DNA of 64,000 nucleotides, from contig OX638152.1 of the NCBI GenBank assembly GCA_951804945.1, forward strand, positions 86,366,001 to 86,430,000, written 5' to 3'. The position numbers were made by a program, and so were the translations under genes. Source of the stretch: Podarcis cretensis. Taxonomy: Eukaryota. Below, in pieces: positions 38,695 to 51,840 of the stretch; the stretch's first letter is position 1, and every line of letters begins with the position of its first letter. Under the pieces are notes generated by a model, which saw nothing but the letters and a program-made list of their open reading frames with translations, was not told the origin of the DNA and searched no databases.

Positions 38695-40382
38695 CCCTAG
38701 ACATTAGCCTAAAGCAAAGTCCATTTCAGGGGCCTATTTCCTAGGGTAAAAACTATGGTTGGTTCTTTGGTCAGCCCCCACAGCCCCTTCACTTCATCAT
38801 ATCTGGCCCTCTTTGAAAAGAGTTTGGACACCACTGATCTAAAGCAAGTATGCTACCATACATTCTTACTCGCATGCAATTCTCTTCTCACTCATTTTCT
38901 ACATAAAATTGAAAAATAAAATGCAATTTTAGATGTGGTGACAGGACAACAACAACCAGAACAACAAAATCGAATCATTTGATTACTCTTGAACCTTTCC
39001 CACCCCCACCTCTTAAAGGCCACCATTAAGTCTGCTTTGGTTACAAAAGCTATAAATGCTAAGTTGCTTGGCTGGGTCATGAAACCCAAATCTTTCCTCA
39101 TTATTCTTGAAATTGACAAAGCAGCAGCAACATACCATGGTACAACCAGGAAGATATTAATTTACACTGTGCAGGAACTGTGGTTGCTGCTGCTATGAGC
39201 ACAAACTGCATGGGCTCCTCTCCACGTGGCTACCTGCTTGTAGGAATAGGCACGTTTGTGGGTGAGAACAATGGTAACCATGCCAGTCAGTCCCCTCTCC
39301 CCCCAGATATAATGAAGCACTTCGTGCAAGCTACTTATAATAGGGTTCTGGTCATAATATCAAATGCCTTTATGCTCTGCCCAATGCAAAGTTAAGACAA
39401 CGCTGAGCATAGGATGAATTGCATGTATTAAGGACAGGCACACCAATTAAATGCAACCTGAAGCTTTTGTACTTCTAAATCACCAGTTTTGAAATAGGAA
39501 ACAATAGGTCATTCTAACCGAGACATTCTTTAATTTGAACTAGATCTGACAAAGACACAAGCAGAGAAAGAGAGGGGGGGGGGGGACACTTCAAAAAAAG
39601 GCCTTGTCATCCAATCTGACAATTGCTTTTCACATCCTTCCTTGTGCTACATACTCCTAAATTGGGTTGTTGTTTTAGTGGGAACAGCTTACCCTTTGCC
39701 AACTTTCCAGCACCTAATTCGGTCCTTGAGTCTGTCTGTGTGAAATAAAACCACCAAGCACACCAAATGATATGTTATATATAGTTAGTTGCAACTTAAG
39801 CTGAATAGTGGAAACGCGAGAAATTGTGACTCAATTTGATAGGCATATATTTCGGATGTATGGCTTGGTCCAGACTAATGCAAACCATCTCTTGACTTCT
39901 TTCATTAAATTCTAATGTTACGTGACAGGCCATTACAACCTGCCTTATCTATGGCAGCCCAAACAATGGATAGACCGGCAGCAGCTAAATTTAAATACTA
40001 TTATTGCAACTGGGATGGAGCCAAGTGTCTTTGATCCCTGCCAGGGAAACCACCCAAGCATTTACTGCTGGGAAAGCCACGCACAGGATTGCACGGGATT
40101 TCCTTTGATCTCAACGGAAGAAAGCATCATTTGTGCACAGGCATTGTACCAGAATTAGGACCCTTCGGTCAGATCCTAAGAGTTCTCAACGGAGTGCCAC
40201 ACAGCAAGGTCAGAATACAACGTTAAAATTGCAGGCACCTCTCACTTGGACCATCAGGCAAAGCTGACTTTCTTATCTCAGCAGAGATCAAATTAAAGTA
40301 TGCTAGTTAACAAAAATAGATGCATGCTTTAAAGAGGCTAAATTATTTCTGTTCACTTTGCTCAACAGCTCAGTTCTATATA

Positions 40383-40611
40383 CAGTGGTACCTCGGATTA
40401 AGTACTTAATTCGTTCCGGAGGTCCCTTCTTAACCTGAAACTGTTCTTAACCTGAAGCACCACTTTAGCTAATGGGGCCTCCTGCTGCCGCCGCCGCGCC
40501 GCCGGAGCCCGATTTCTGTTCTTATCCTGAAGCAAAGTTCTTCAACTGAAGCACTATTTCTGGGTTAGCGGAGTATGTAACCTGAAGCGTATGTAACTCG
40601 AGGTACCACTG
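40383..40611 (-). mobile_element. Tc1/mariner MITE family A
   Basis: Full TIRs; right TSD mutated to CA. Confidence 0.88.
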
Positions 40612-42472
40612 CACCTCTAAGCAGAAGCTTCTTGGTCTAGCATGGGCTTTGCAGCACAAGCTTATGCATGTTTACCTAGAAATCAAGCCCCACTGTGTCT
40701 TACTCCCAGAGAAATGAGTAAAGAACTGTAGCCTCATAATTTTCTGGTGCAACTTTTTTGGTTTACTGAATTGCTTAGTAGAGTTGAGGGTCCAGGAAGA
40801 CAGGCACATACACGTGTTTGCTAACATCTAGGAATGTGAAATATTTATTTAGCCCTGCACAGGCTTGGTGTCTAAAAATATGATGCCGGCATATAGGAAT
40901 TTGAACTATTTCCCCCCAACCCTGTCATAGATATTTTAAAATACAGCCATGAGCTGAGAAGTAGCAGAGAGATAAAGAATCGTCACAAATTAACAAAAAG
41001 GTGTGCAAGATTTAAAGTTAAGAGAATGTATGCAAAACACGCACAAATTTATTAAAGTGATCAAGCCATTAAGATTTAAGGAGATTGAAGGGACAAGACA
41101 GATTAATGACTGGACTCAAAGTCCAAGCAACTCAAGTATAGTTGTGTTAGCAGGGTGGGTGGGAGAGTTACATAAATTAAATTGAAATGCAGTAAGTCAA
41201 TTGATGTCTAGTGTCTAGCATTCACATAGGCAATTCCCTTTCTAAGTTCATACAAAATGCATTTAATGAGAACCACATGGATCAGGAAACACAAAACCAA
41301 GCAGGAAAATCCACTGGTGAAAAGACACGGAAATGTCTGGCTGACATACAGGTCACTTGAGAGGAAAGGTTACAATGGAAAGAAAATGGAAAATTGTGGC
41401 TACTGCTTTCTCATATCGAAATATGCAAAAAATTAATAATTACTTGGCACTAGGCTACTGAAAAGCAAACTGGCACAAAACTACCAACTGAACATTTGCT
41501 ATTTGTTTTAGAACAGCGACATTGTTTTTGCAAATTGTGACAAATCAGTGCTTCAGTTTCTGTTAAGCATTACTTATTTGATCACCTTATCTCTCCACAT
41601 TCTCCCATATACACACACGTTTCCAGATATTAGAGCAGCCTCTCTCTATCCCACCCTTAAAAACAAGTCTTCTGTTCTACAGGACTTGATTTTGCAAGGT
41701 AGCTGCATGAATTGTGCAGGCTCCTCCTTGTATAATGCCCATATCAGTAGCAACAACTACTTGCCAAAAGGGATGGCCAAAGACAACATGAAATAGAAAA
41801 TCAGTGGTGAGGGTGGGGGGTGGAGAGAGAGAAATAAACCTTTTTTTTTTTAGGTTGAAGAAACTGCAAATAAATGAATATGTTTTGAACATTCCGTCAT
41901 AATGCTGCTTTTAACCATGCAGAGTTGTTTCAGTGCTGGTTTACATTGCTTGGAGTATGTTGATTGCATTAAATCAGATTTGAAGCTTGTATGCCCGATA
42001 TAGAAAGGTGGGATCTAAATTTCAGAAATTACTGCTGTTGCGAAACGCTCCTGGCATTACCTGATTGCAATTGTGGACCATCACAGTTCTATATTTACCT
42101 GGAACTCATATATCTCACTCTAAAGATGTGCCACTTTCCCCACATGTGCAACACGGAAGCCCGGAAACTCGTTTACACTCCCTCCTACACCAGTTTGCTT
42201 GTAACACAAAAGGCTGCTTTCTCGTTTTTTTAGTCAGAGCTTGCATCACCTTGTTTTTACATCAAATATTGTGCCATTGCCCCCAACACTGCAGCGAGTG
42301 TCATCTTCTGGAGGGAGGGGAGGCAATACTGGAGAAAAGGTCTAAAAAAAATTCTGTGTGTGTCATGGATCCAGTATGGTTGGTGGGTCAGCAAAGGTGG
42401 GGTAGCTTTGCACATTCGGCTTCCAGATGACAAGAGTTGCAGCCAACAAGAGTGTTTTGATACTGAGAACCA

Positions 42473-43049
42473 ACATGACCCAGTGTGGCATAATGGTTAG
42501 AGTGTTGGACTAGGACCTAGGAGGGCAGGGTTCGAATCCCCGCTCAGCCATGAAGGTCACTGGATAGTAGTAAGTAAGTAGGTACCAGTAATTTTTTATT
42601 TATACCCCACCCTCCCTGGCCAAGACCAGGCTCAGGGCGGCTAATATCAAATACATTAAAACACAATCAAAACAACTGATTAAAATACAGCTTAAAAATT
42701 AGAATCAGGATAAAATCAAATGACTGCCCATGAAATTACAACCATAGAGGTCGGGAACCTCAAGTATTCATCAGGGCCGGCTATCCATGTTGGTTCCACA
42801 TGAGCCTATAAAAGGGCCAAAGAGGTAACTTTGCAGGGTTCCAAAAAGGGGGGTCAAACTGGGTCTGGACCGAAGGCCAAGCGGAAAGATGTCAAGTCCC
42901 GTAGGGCCCTGGTCTCTTGTGACAGAGCGTTCCACCAAGCCAGGGCCAAAGCCGAAAAGGCCTTGGCCCTGGTTGAGGCCAGTTTAACCTCCTTCCCCAT
43001 CTCTTAGCCTAACCCAATTTATAGGGTTGTTGTGAGTATGAAATGGGAG
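42473..43049. mobile_element. Old CORE-SINE (+; ~42473-42563 and ~42994-43049) split by an L2 3' fragment (-; ~42564-42993)
   Basis: tRNA head TGGCATAATGGTTAGAGTG...GGTTCGAATCCC, resuming at CTTAGCCTAACC...AGGGTTGTTGTGAG; insert has L2-type TTATACCCCACCC tail and GAGCGTTCCACCA/GAAAAGGCC motifs. Confidence 0.62.
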
Positions 43050-43341
43050 TGGCTTTGTTGGGTGTTATATCGGGAGTAGATGAAGTGAATATGGTTTATA
43101 TATAGCGGACAAAGACTCATAAGTCCCTTACCCTCTCAATTTTATTTCTCTCTCTCTTAACCTCTTTCTTTCTTTTTTTCTTTCTCCCTCTCTTTCTTTA
43201 TTCCATTCCCCCCCCCTTTATGTTTTTATTGCATTTATATCACAGTTTTAGTTTGGACCAAAAAAAAGAGAGGGAAAGATATTTAATATTAAGTTTTGTA
43301 TTTTTCCTCTATAAGCACGAATAAAATTTATTCAAAAAAAA
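43050..43341 (+). mobile_element. Probable L1/Tx1-type 3' end
   Basis: Pyrimidine-rich 3'UTR, AATAAA followed by poly(A). Confidence 0.45.
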
Positions 43342-44827
43342 CACTAAATCCATGTTTTATCATTCTGAAGAAAACATGAATATTTTAAAAGATGAGGCAC
43401 ATGACCCCTTGCATTTCAACACACACAATGTAATTACACTTTGGCTAAAAGTCTTCCGTCCTTTTAGGAGCCTGTGCCAAATGTGTTCTGCCAGGAATTA
43501 AAACTACTGCAGTTCCAAGTTACTGAAGAGAAATGTCACTTCCCTCTTCTTAATTCACAAGACTCGGCTTGGCTGTTGGGACTAACTACTCGGTGAATAT
43601 TTAAATGCCCTACTTTCCATTGGGAATAGTTTTGACAGTGACGTCCACATAATTTCAGGCATGGAGAATTTCAGGCACGGAGAATAAAGCCTCAGAATGA
43701 TGAATAGATGACACTTGACTTGCTGTTCATTTCTGAAGTTGGAAGGAAGGGCAACTCGCCTGAAAGATTGCTTTGTGGTTTCTGCACAACTCCCTCGACT
43801 GACGCTTAACCCCCCCCCCCAAAAAAAAACCTAGAGCTACAAATCTTGCAAGAGGGTGGAGAACAGAACTGTATGATACAACAAAATAAGCTCTTTGCAG
43901 TGTTACTTTGCCCATTTGCAAGCTGCCCGGGAATAGAGTTTAGAGGACTCGTCAATGTGATGCACCATTAAAAAAAAACCCAGACACTGTAAAATCAAAG
44001 AAACACAAAAGCAGAGTGTCGAAGAAGCTGCTGCAGCAGCAAGAACTGCGAAAACCCAAGCTATAAAAACACGCTTAAAAGGTTGGGTGGGGAATTATTT
44101 GTGTTCAGATGAGTGAATTGGGGATTTTATTTTTTGAAACACAGGGGCTATGGGTGCTTCATAGAACTACAGTGTGTTTTCAGTCCTGGTGCAGGTCCCC
44201 CACCCCCACCCCAATGCCTTTTTAAATGACGATAGAGCCATAACTATCAGCCACACCAATCCTTTCCTCTATTCCATTTAGCACCACAGCATCTCGCTTG
44301 CGAGCAGGGGGAGCAGAAACCCCTTTGTTTTATTGCCTACCGTAACTATTCTGCATGCATCCACCTTCGCTGCCCCATCCTCGCCTGTTCTTTACCTCAG
44401 CTGATGGATGAACTCACAGCTGCAACATCTGGATAATGCCAAGCTCTGGCACAGGTTGTGAATAGAGGCACACAGAAAATAAACTTTGCTAAAGCCTTAG
44501 AAGACCGAAGGAGCAGGCAGGAGGAGATGCTAGAAATACGTTTGTTTATTATTGTTGTATTTATTAAATTTGTATACTGCCCTTCCTCAAGAGATCCCAG
44601 GCGGTTTGCATGGTACAATTTCCTCATTAAGTGTGTTTCAGCCAACACAAAGCCCAGATGAAATTGGGAGAAACTGTATACTGCCTCCAGTCCAAATATA
44701 GGCATTGGACAGTCCAAATTGGACTGTCCACTGCCTATATTGGAGGATGAAGAGTACAAATGTCTCCAACATGAGCTCTGCAAAGAAGGGAGAAGCTGTG
44801 CAAGAGGGTGGAGAAAGCTGTGACTTT

Positions 44828-45376
44828 TTATTGGGAAATAATTTCTATTTAATTGGGAAAAAAATGTATAAAAGTTTTTTTTCCAAAAAAACCCAGAGTC
44901 CTTTTTGTTGGGGATAATTCAATGGAAATTCCCAGGTGTAAAAAAAAGGCTATTTATGTATGTTACTACTGTAGCTCGTGTTTGTTTAGCCCAAAAATGG
45001 ACAACAAGCAAGGTTCCAACTAAAGAAGAATGGCAACTTAAATTGATGGAATATGCACAGCTTGCGGACCTAACATAAGAGAAAAAGAACATACGTTCAA
45101 AGAAGATTGTAAAATGTTTATTGAATATATGGGGGGAAACTATACACTTGAAAACGGTGGCAGCATTAAGATAAATTCAACAGTGTAAACAAGTTTTGAT
45201 GGATATATTAATGGAATACTGAATGGTTTAGTTTATGTAAAATATGCATGGATTTACGGTATGCAAATTGAACCACGGAAAGAGAAGAAGGGAAGTCATT
45301 AACATTTTAAGGTTGTTTAATGAATATTTTAAATTGTAAAATAGGAAACTTAATAAAAATTATACAGGGGAAAATA
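44828..45376 (+). mobile_element. 5'-truncated L1-clade LINE
   Basis: 17-bp TSD GAGAAAGCTGTGACTTT (44811-44827, 45377-45393); ORF2 C-terminal remnant (KKPESFLLGI, AQKW...VPTKEEWQLKLMEYAQLA); AATAAA near 3' end. Confidence 0.82.
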
Positions 45377-45778
45377 GAGAAAGCTGTGACTTTCCTGAAT
45401 CTTAAACTTATTTTTAAAAAGAGCAGGAATATGGAGAGTAACGAAGATCAACCAGCCAATGTATTTAATAATATATGAGCTCCGTGAATCCCTTTATTTT
45501 ACCCATAAGCAGAATAAAGAAAACTAGGAAACTACCACTTCTGCTATTTCTTTTAATACAATTTAACATCTCCCAAAGTCTTAATGAAAGGAGAAAGCGT
45601 TGACCTCGGGTAATACATTGCCATCCTAGTTCCAATCAAATCAGTGTCAGCAAGTCCATGGTGTCAGCAAGTCCATGGTGTGTAACACAGTCTGTGAGGA
45701 AGCCCTCAGTGAAAACACCGGCTTCAAGCACCAAATCCCTGCGCAATAGTCAGAACTAGCAGCCTGGAGGCAAGCAAG

Positions 45779-46239
45779 CAGGGTTTGAAATTAGCAGGGC
45801 GCCAGGCGCATTTTACGCCTAAAGATTTTCCATTTACGAGCACCTCAAAAAGTCTGGGTGTCATTTTTTTGCACCTGGCTGACACTCAAGGATTACTGAA
45901 ATGTATGTGACTTGAAGCCTCGAAGTATATGTTAAAGATAGACAATATGTTAAGGAGTTTAACAATAAAGAGTAAAGTGTTTTGAAAACTGAAGTATGGT
46001 ACCAATATTCTTATTGTAAACACCAAATTAAACATGTATCAACAATTTCTGATAAAAATGTGGTATTGACCATGTGTCTCTTATGTGAATTGTGTATTAC
46101 TTCATGCTTATCAAAAGAATAAATAAAAATTGTTGCCGACCCCCCGCAAATGGCGACTCGACAGTCTGTTTTGGCGCCCACAACCCAGGTCCCAGAAGCC
46201 ATTTGGCTCCTAGCTTTTCTATCCCAGTTCCTAACACTG
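45779..46239. mobile_element. Non-autonomous hAT element
   Basis: CAGGGTTTGAAA...TTCCTAACACTG TIRs; perfect 8-bp TSD CAAGCAAG. Confidence 0.85.
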
Positions 46240-47890
46240 CAAGCAAGCAAGCTGAAATGTACAGTGAGAGAGCAGCTCCATCTGTTACTGAACAACAGAT
46301 TGGACTTGCTTTTCAGTCTGAGCAACTTCATAGGCCAGGTGAAGCCATATCCTGGAAGTCCTGTTGTCACTGCTATATTAGCTTCCATTTCTACAGTTCT
46401 TGTGCTGTTGGTTCCGTTGCTGGTTGAGACTGGGTGTTATCAGCCAACTGTGTAACGGGACCTCATGGCTGCTCATGTCAAAAATGAGGAGGAATGCCTT
46501 AAAACGACAGCACTGATACAGGGCAAATCCCTCTTTGAAACAGATGGAAAGTCAATCCTGTATGGCTAATCAACTGCCCTAAGGTCACATTGTAAGCCAG
46601 CTAAAGAGAGAGTGAAAGAGTTCTCTTCTTAGCATTCCAGACATTCAGAACCATGCTAACCAATCTGAAAACCATGCACTCCATTGGTTCTTCTAACCGA
46701 AACATTTAAGGAAGGCATTTATCAATCTGTTACTAGGATGCATTCACCATTTAGACATTATTAAGGAGACCAAACTTGCAGCCATGCTTTTATATCATTT
46801 ACCCTATCTAGTTAATACAAGGAGTCTAGATGTGAAGTGCTGGAAAATATGGAGGGTGTGTGTATCAAACTATCTTTGCAGAACATGTTGGGATTAACCC
46901 AAACTCTCCTGAACCAGTTCAAGTCAAGAGCATTTCCACACAAAGGGCAATATGAGGGACTAGTGAGTTGATTTGAGTTGATTGAGCTCAGCTGAGACAG
47001 CACAAGAAACTGCAGCTCCTCCCCAACCCTGCCAACAGTTGCAGTGCAAAGGAATGGAGGAGGCGTACATTTCTCCTTTTTCTTCACTTTTTCACTATGA
47101 CACGATTGGGGAGAGACAGAGAAAGAGACAAACAACAACAACAAAATCCTCTGCTCCATCATAAATTCGCACTGCATCCAATGAATTTTGCAGGGTTCCC
47201 CACTGGTTAAATCAGAACTGTGCTTAGAATGATTCTGTAGAATTCTCTGTATAAATAATGTAATAGAAGCATATTTAGGCCCTTTATATATAAGGACCAC
47301 ACATGACTTGCAATCACCACTTGTTTTCATGAATGGCAAGGAAGCGGGTCAGTCCTTTCCAGATCAGCGCATGTTTCATTCACAACTAATTCGTAATGTG
47401 TGTGCACTTTGTATCAGTGCCCAAATGACTAAGAGTATTGTAAGAAGTGGTCCTCAGATAACCGAAGTTATGTAACCACCTTTGTCGAGGCAATGGAAAC
47501 AAACTCATTAGTGAGCCATTTATGAACACAAAGTATTATATTAAAAAGAACAGGGATTCCACTCCAAGATTGTCAAAGGAGCTAATTGGTTGTGGGTTTT
47601 TGTTTTTTTTTTAAAAGAACCTCTTCATTTAAGATAATTTAATTCATTGCATCCTAGTATTTTGGTGTGACTGTCTATGATTAAAGCGTTGGTTCCTAAA
47701 ATGGAGGACAATGCAAGAAAATACCAACCTTTAAAATGTACACTTTTCTATGAGAAATACAATGGGTAACTAGATCCTCATTGCAATTTCAACCCATGTG
47801 TACGTTAAACACAAAATACAAAAGTAATATTGTGCACTATAAAATTGTAACCAGCCAGCAATAAACCACAGGCAATGAAAATCATCTTAC

Positions 47891-48061
47891 CGGAACTTCA
47901 AAAGCTTCCTGTGCATCATCCAGCATCTGGACTTTGATAGAAATAAGTTTTCCTGTAGGGGTTGTGGGCATTTTTTGTCCATGTTCCAAAGTACTGATCC
48001 CGGCATTTTCCTGAACTCCTAACCGGGATCCTGCTGTTGTTCTCTGCTCCACTTCACCCAT
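47891..48061 (-). CDS. FARP1: First coding exon of FERM, ARH/RhoGEF and pleckstrin domain protein 1 (N-terminal 57 aa, start of FERM domain)
   Basis: Reverse strand reads ATG GGT GAA GTG...GAA GTT CCG|GTAAGA = MGEVEQRTTAGSRLGVQENAGISTLEHGQKMPTTPTGKLISIKVQMLDDAQEAFEVP. This matches the vertebrate FARP1 N-terminus as I recall it (human MGEIEQRPTPGSRLGAPENSGISTLERGQKPPPTPSGKLVSIKIQMLDDTQEAFEVP). 171 nt, phase-0 GT donor at 47890-47889, strong Kozak (AAACATGG), in-frame TAG upstream of the ATG. Confidence 0.95.
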
Positions 48062-48120
48062 GTTTGGAGGAGCTAGTTTCTATATCTGTTAATGGGAGAG
48101 ACAGAGAAAGAAAGAAAATA
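48062..48120 (-). promoter_or_regulatory. FARP1: 24-nt 5'UTR part of the exon (48062-48085), 3' splice acceptor and polypyrimidine tract
   Basis: Minus strand TTTTCTTTCTTTCTCTGTCTCTCCCATTAACAG|ATATAGAAACTAGCTCCTCCAAAC-ATG; acceptor AG at 48087-48086. Confidence 0.85.
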
Positions 48121-50675
48121 TGAAGCCACATTACTTAAAAACTGTTCAAAGACAATAATGCACACAGGAATGTACTACTTCACACCATTTTGTAGTTGTG
48201 AATTGTTTTCCTTTTGAGCAGAAGATGCACAGGGTATCTGTCCTCATAACAATGGTGGTTGAACCCCCTAGTATCTTGCTGGTGTTGTACAATCTGTTGT
48301 AGGTTTACTCAGAAGTAAGTCCCACTGTTTTCAATGGGACTTAGGAAATGTGTAATAGTTGCAGTCTTGGTTTATCAGCCAGGCACTACATCTTCTTACA
48401 TCATTTCGGATTGTGAAATGAAGATGAGCAGGTACCACACACCTCAAATTGTTTCGCTGATCTCCTTGCACTCCAGAAGGAGGAAGAATCAAGAAATATA
48501 TTGTATCAACCCTCAAGATACCAAGAGATTAGTGCAAATATCTGCAATGCCACAAGCATTATAAAGACAAGCTAAGCAGTCATTGCAGGGAGGAAATATC
48601 TTCATTTTCACCAGTTGCAATGTTTGCAATTCTGTGTGGCCAAGTTCACTCATAATTCTAAATGCAACATGTGCAAAAAAAAACCCTAAATGAACAATAC
48701 TACTTGTTCAAAATGCCATTTAACTATGAAAAGTTCCATGTCTTCACCAATCAGAACCTGAAACAATTAACTGATATATATGCCAAGCAGGTCCAACGGA
48801 AAGGTAGATGGGATACAACTAGAATCAAACTGCACCAGACTTAGAATTAGTTCAGAAAAACTTAAGCAGTAATGGAAATAATTGAACTTGTCTTTTCATG
48901 CCCTCTCTCCCCTCACATAAAAGAACATAACCAAATAGGGAAGATCGCTACATCACTTTGGAAGAAAATGCTCCACCTTTTATTATTGCACACTTGAAAG
49001 CAAACTCAAGGATAGCAAACTATTTCAAAGACATAACTTTAAACAAACTTCTAATTCTTCTGCAATCTCACATTTTTCTATCTTCCGTGGAAAGGCCAAT
49101 TGTTGATGCAACTGATCTTGCCTTTTTTATTACTTCTGTTGCTTTATCGTTTGATACATAATGCAAGGGCCCTTAGTCTGATCTGTCAAACCATATATAT
49201 ATATAAAACCTCATATATATGTTTATCCCACTCTTTTCTTTTGTTCTTCAAAACAGCCTGAGTCTGAGACTGAACCTGATGCTACCATCCACAGTATTTG
49301 TCTAGCTGGGTAATTGCCTTTCCATCTCTCCTGGACTTGTATGCCCTGATCGATGATCATTAACAAGCATGTAACAAAACAGGAGGAACAGGAATTTAAC
49401 TTTCTGGCTGAACAAACATACAGTAATAATAGACCCAGCCATTCCAGTCGTTTTAAACACAGTCATAGTGCAAGGGATCAGAAGCAGGGCAGAAGGGCAG
49501 AAAAGGAAATGACTGTTGTTGCTGTTTTTTAATTCAATGTTATTCATTATTTCATATTAGCATGTGAATTTAACAGCCTAAATAATGCAACACTGACCTA
49601 AGATACAAATTCTACCACTAAAGCACTAATACCACCCATGCTGATATGTGAATCCCTGGGCATCAAGCAGACCAACGGTTTTGTTTTTTGTTTTTACAAA
49701 CTGTTTTCCAGTGAACCTTAACTCTTCTGTTCAGAGCAGGACCTGTGAGTTGGTAGAAAGTCAAAGGTTCCAGCTGGCTACCAGGTACAGCCAAATTTTG
49801 TGGACCTTGCTACTGTCCATCCTTTGTATAGTCCTAGAAATTAAATGGGGCAACAGCTGCTTTTTTGGTGTAATTCAGCACACACAGATTAGTTCTGTAG
49901 TATGCACCATCCATTCAAAGTCAATAATTCTGCCTTAGTATACCAAGATATGTAGGACGATAAAAAAATAATAATATTACAAAATCTCTTTAGAAATACT
50001 TTCAAGTTTTGCATTGTTGTAAACAAATCAATTATTAATTTGGAAAACTAAGGACTGCTTTCTAGGGGTTATTTTCTTCTCTTCTGCTTAATTAACACAA
50101 ACAGAAGAGACTCCTGGTCAATTTGGTAGCAAGCTAGAATGAACTTCTGCCTTGCTATTAAAGCTGATGACACACAAAGCAAAGGAATAAATATTTGCTT
50201 GTTTCACTGGGGCAGCGAATAAGGGTATCACTGAAACAATGGCATGCATGCTTATCAAGGGCCAATTTGGTGCCCTCCAGCTGTTTCAGACTACAAACCT
50301 CATCAGCTCCAGCTGGCATGGCTAATGAGCAGGGGTGCTGAAAGTTGGGCCTCAAAATGTCTGGAGGGGGCAAGGATGAAAAAAAGCTGCACTATATAAT
50401 CCCCAAAACCTCCCTGCTTCAGGAAGCTCCAAAAACAGGCACTTAATAGGATAAGTTTTTTCTTCCCATATTGTCCCTAGGGAAGTATCAGACGAAGGCT
50501 GCAAACTCATGCAGAGAAAAGTGAACAATTGACATTTATTTATATTTCTTGATCCTAGCAGATTTAACCCTCTTTTAAGGTCTGGGCCAGGCAAGATTAA
50601 CCATCATGTACAAAGAACCATGGAATCAAAGACTTCTGTTGATCTTCCTCTTCCTATAATTGAGAGGGTTGGGAG

Positions 50676-51170
50676 TGTTACGGAAGGGGGGGGGGGCATG
50701 TCTTCTTCACCTTCTTCGCTACAATATATTTGCTCAATTTCCCTTTCCTCCAGGCAATGTCAGGTGCCAGACTATGCATATTTGGGACCATTGTTTTCTC
50801 ATCCCCAGGAAGTGTTTATCTGCGCATATCTCCAGCTCTGCATATTCCCCCCTCCCTCCTCCATATGTTAATCTGTGTAACCCAACCTCCCTTTAATATA
50901 TTCATGATGTAATCTGTGTAACCAAACCTCTCTTTAATGTATTCATGACGTGTTTTGCACTGTATTCTGGGACATGGAGGGAGTTTCAAAAACTCATGTC
51001 ACCCCTTTCTCACTGTTCAATCTTGCCTTGAACCTGTTGCGCAATAAACTTGGATCTTCTGCTGTTTGCTCCTGTCTCCGGCTGAGCTCATTTTCCTCCG
51101 CAGGGACCCACGGACTTAGTCCGATGAGCTGGGTGGCAGAGCAGCCTCGCACCCAGATTTTGCCGTAACA
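50676..51170 (+). mobile_element. Solo LTR (495 bp; ERV1- or Gypsy-type)
   Basis: TGTTACGG...CCGTAACA termini, 4-bp TSD GGAG, AATAAA at ~51043, internal ~40-bp tandem duplication. Confidence 0.85.
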
Positions 51171-51490
51171 GGAGAGAAAATACATGCCCTCCAAGGGGCT
51201 ACTGTTGGGAGTGGACCTGAAGGGAAGCAAGGCCCCAGGTCTTGGGTCTGCTGATGGTGGCGGTGCGGCAACATGAGATTAAAGAGCAGCATTGTACAGT
51301 ACCAATCAGCTTGGGAGATGTGTGTGTGGAAAAGCAGGAACTAAACATGAGAGACAGTGGCCTCACTGTAGAAGGGGGACAATTTTGCCTGCAACTACTT
51401 CCTGCAATTGCTGTTCTGAGTTTCTCTGCCTCCAAATTAAAAATAAGCAAAGCAGTCAAGAAGACAATTACGTAATGCCCCATGTAAAAT

Positions 51491-51840
51491 GGGATGTGGG
51501 TGGCACTGTGCGTTAAATCACAGAGCCTAGGACTTGCCGATCAGAAGGTCGGCGGTTCGAATCCCCACGACGGGGTGAGCTCCCGTTGCTCGGTCCCTGC
51601 TCCTGCCAACCTAGCAGTTCGAAAGCATGTCAAAGTGCAAGTAGATAAATAGGTACCACTCCGGCAAGAAGGTAAACGGTGTTTCCGTGCGCTGCTTCTG
51701 GTTCGCCAGAAGCGGCTTAGTCATGCTGGCCACATGACCCGGAAGCTGTATGCTGGCTCCCTCGGCCAATAAAGCGAGATGAGCGCCGCAACCCCAGAGT
51801 CGGCCACGACTGGACCTAATGGTCCGGGGTCCCTTTACCT
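51491..51840 (+). mobile_element. Sauria SINE, full length, flanked by 95-bp direct duplication
   Basis: Head GGGATGTGGGTGGCACTGTG, tail CCCTTTACCT; 51396-51490 repeated at 51841-51935. Confidence 0.9.

Larger units (their letters stand above)
1..47890 (-). other. FARP1: FARP1 intron downstream of the first coding exon (continues beyond window)
   Basis: Starts with GTAAGA. I did not find the expected next exon (QRAPGK..NHLNLVEGDYFGLEF-like) in the window. Repeat-rich non-coding sequence. Confidence 0.75.

Noticed and set aside
45644-45684. 18-bp tandem duplication GTGTCAGCAAGTCCATGG
   Set aside because: Ordinary slippage duplication with no further structure.
46812-47339. 175-aa ORF (-) just downstream of the FARP1 exon
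   Set aside because: Cys/Leu/Ser-rich random-looking composition, no FERM similarity; not the expected next exon.
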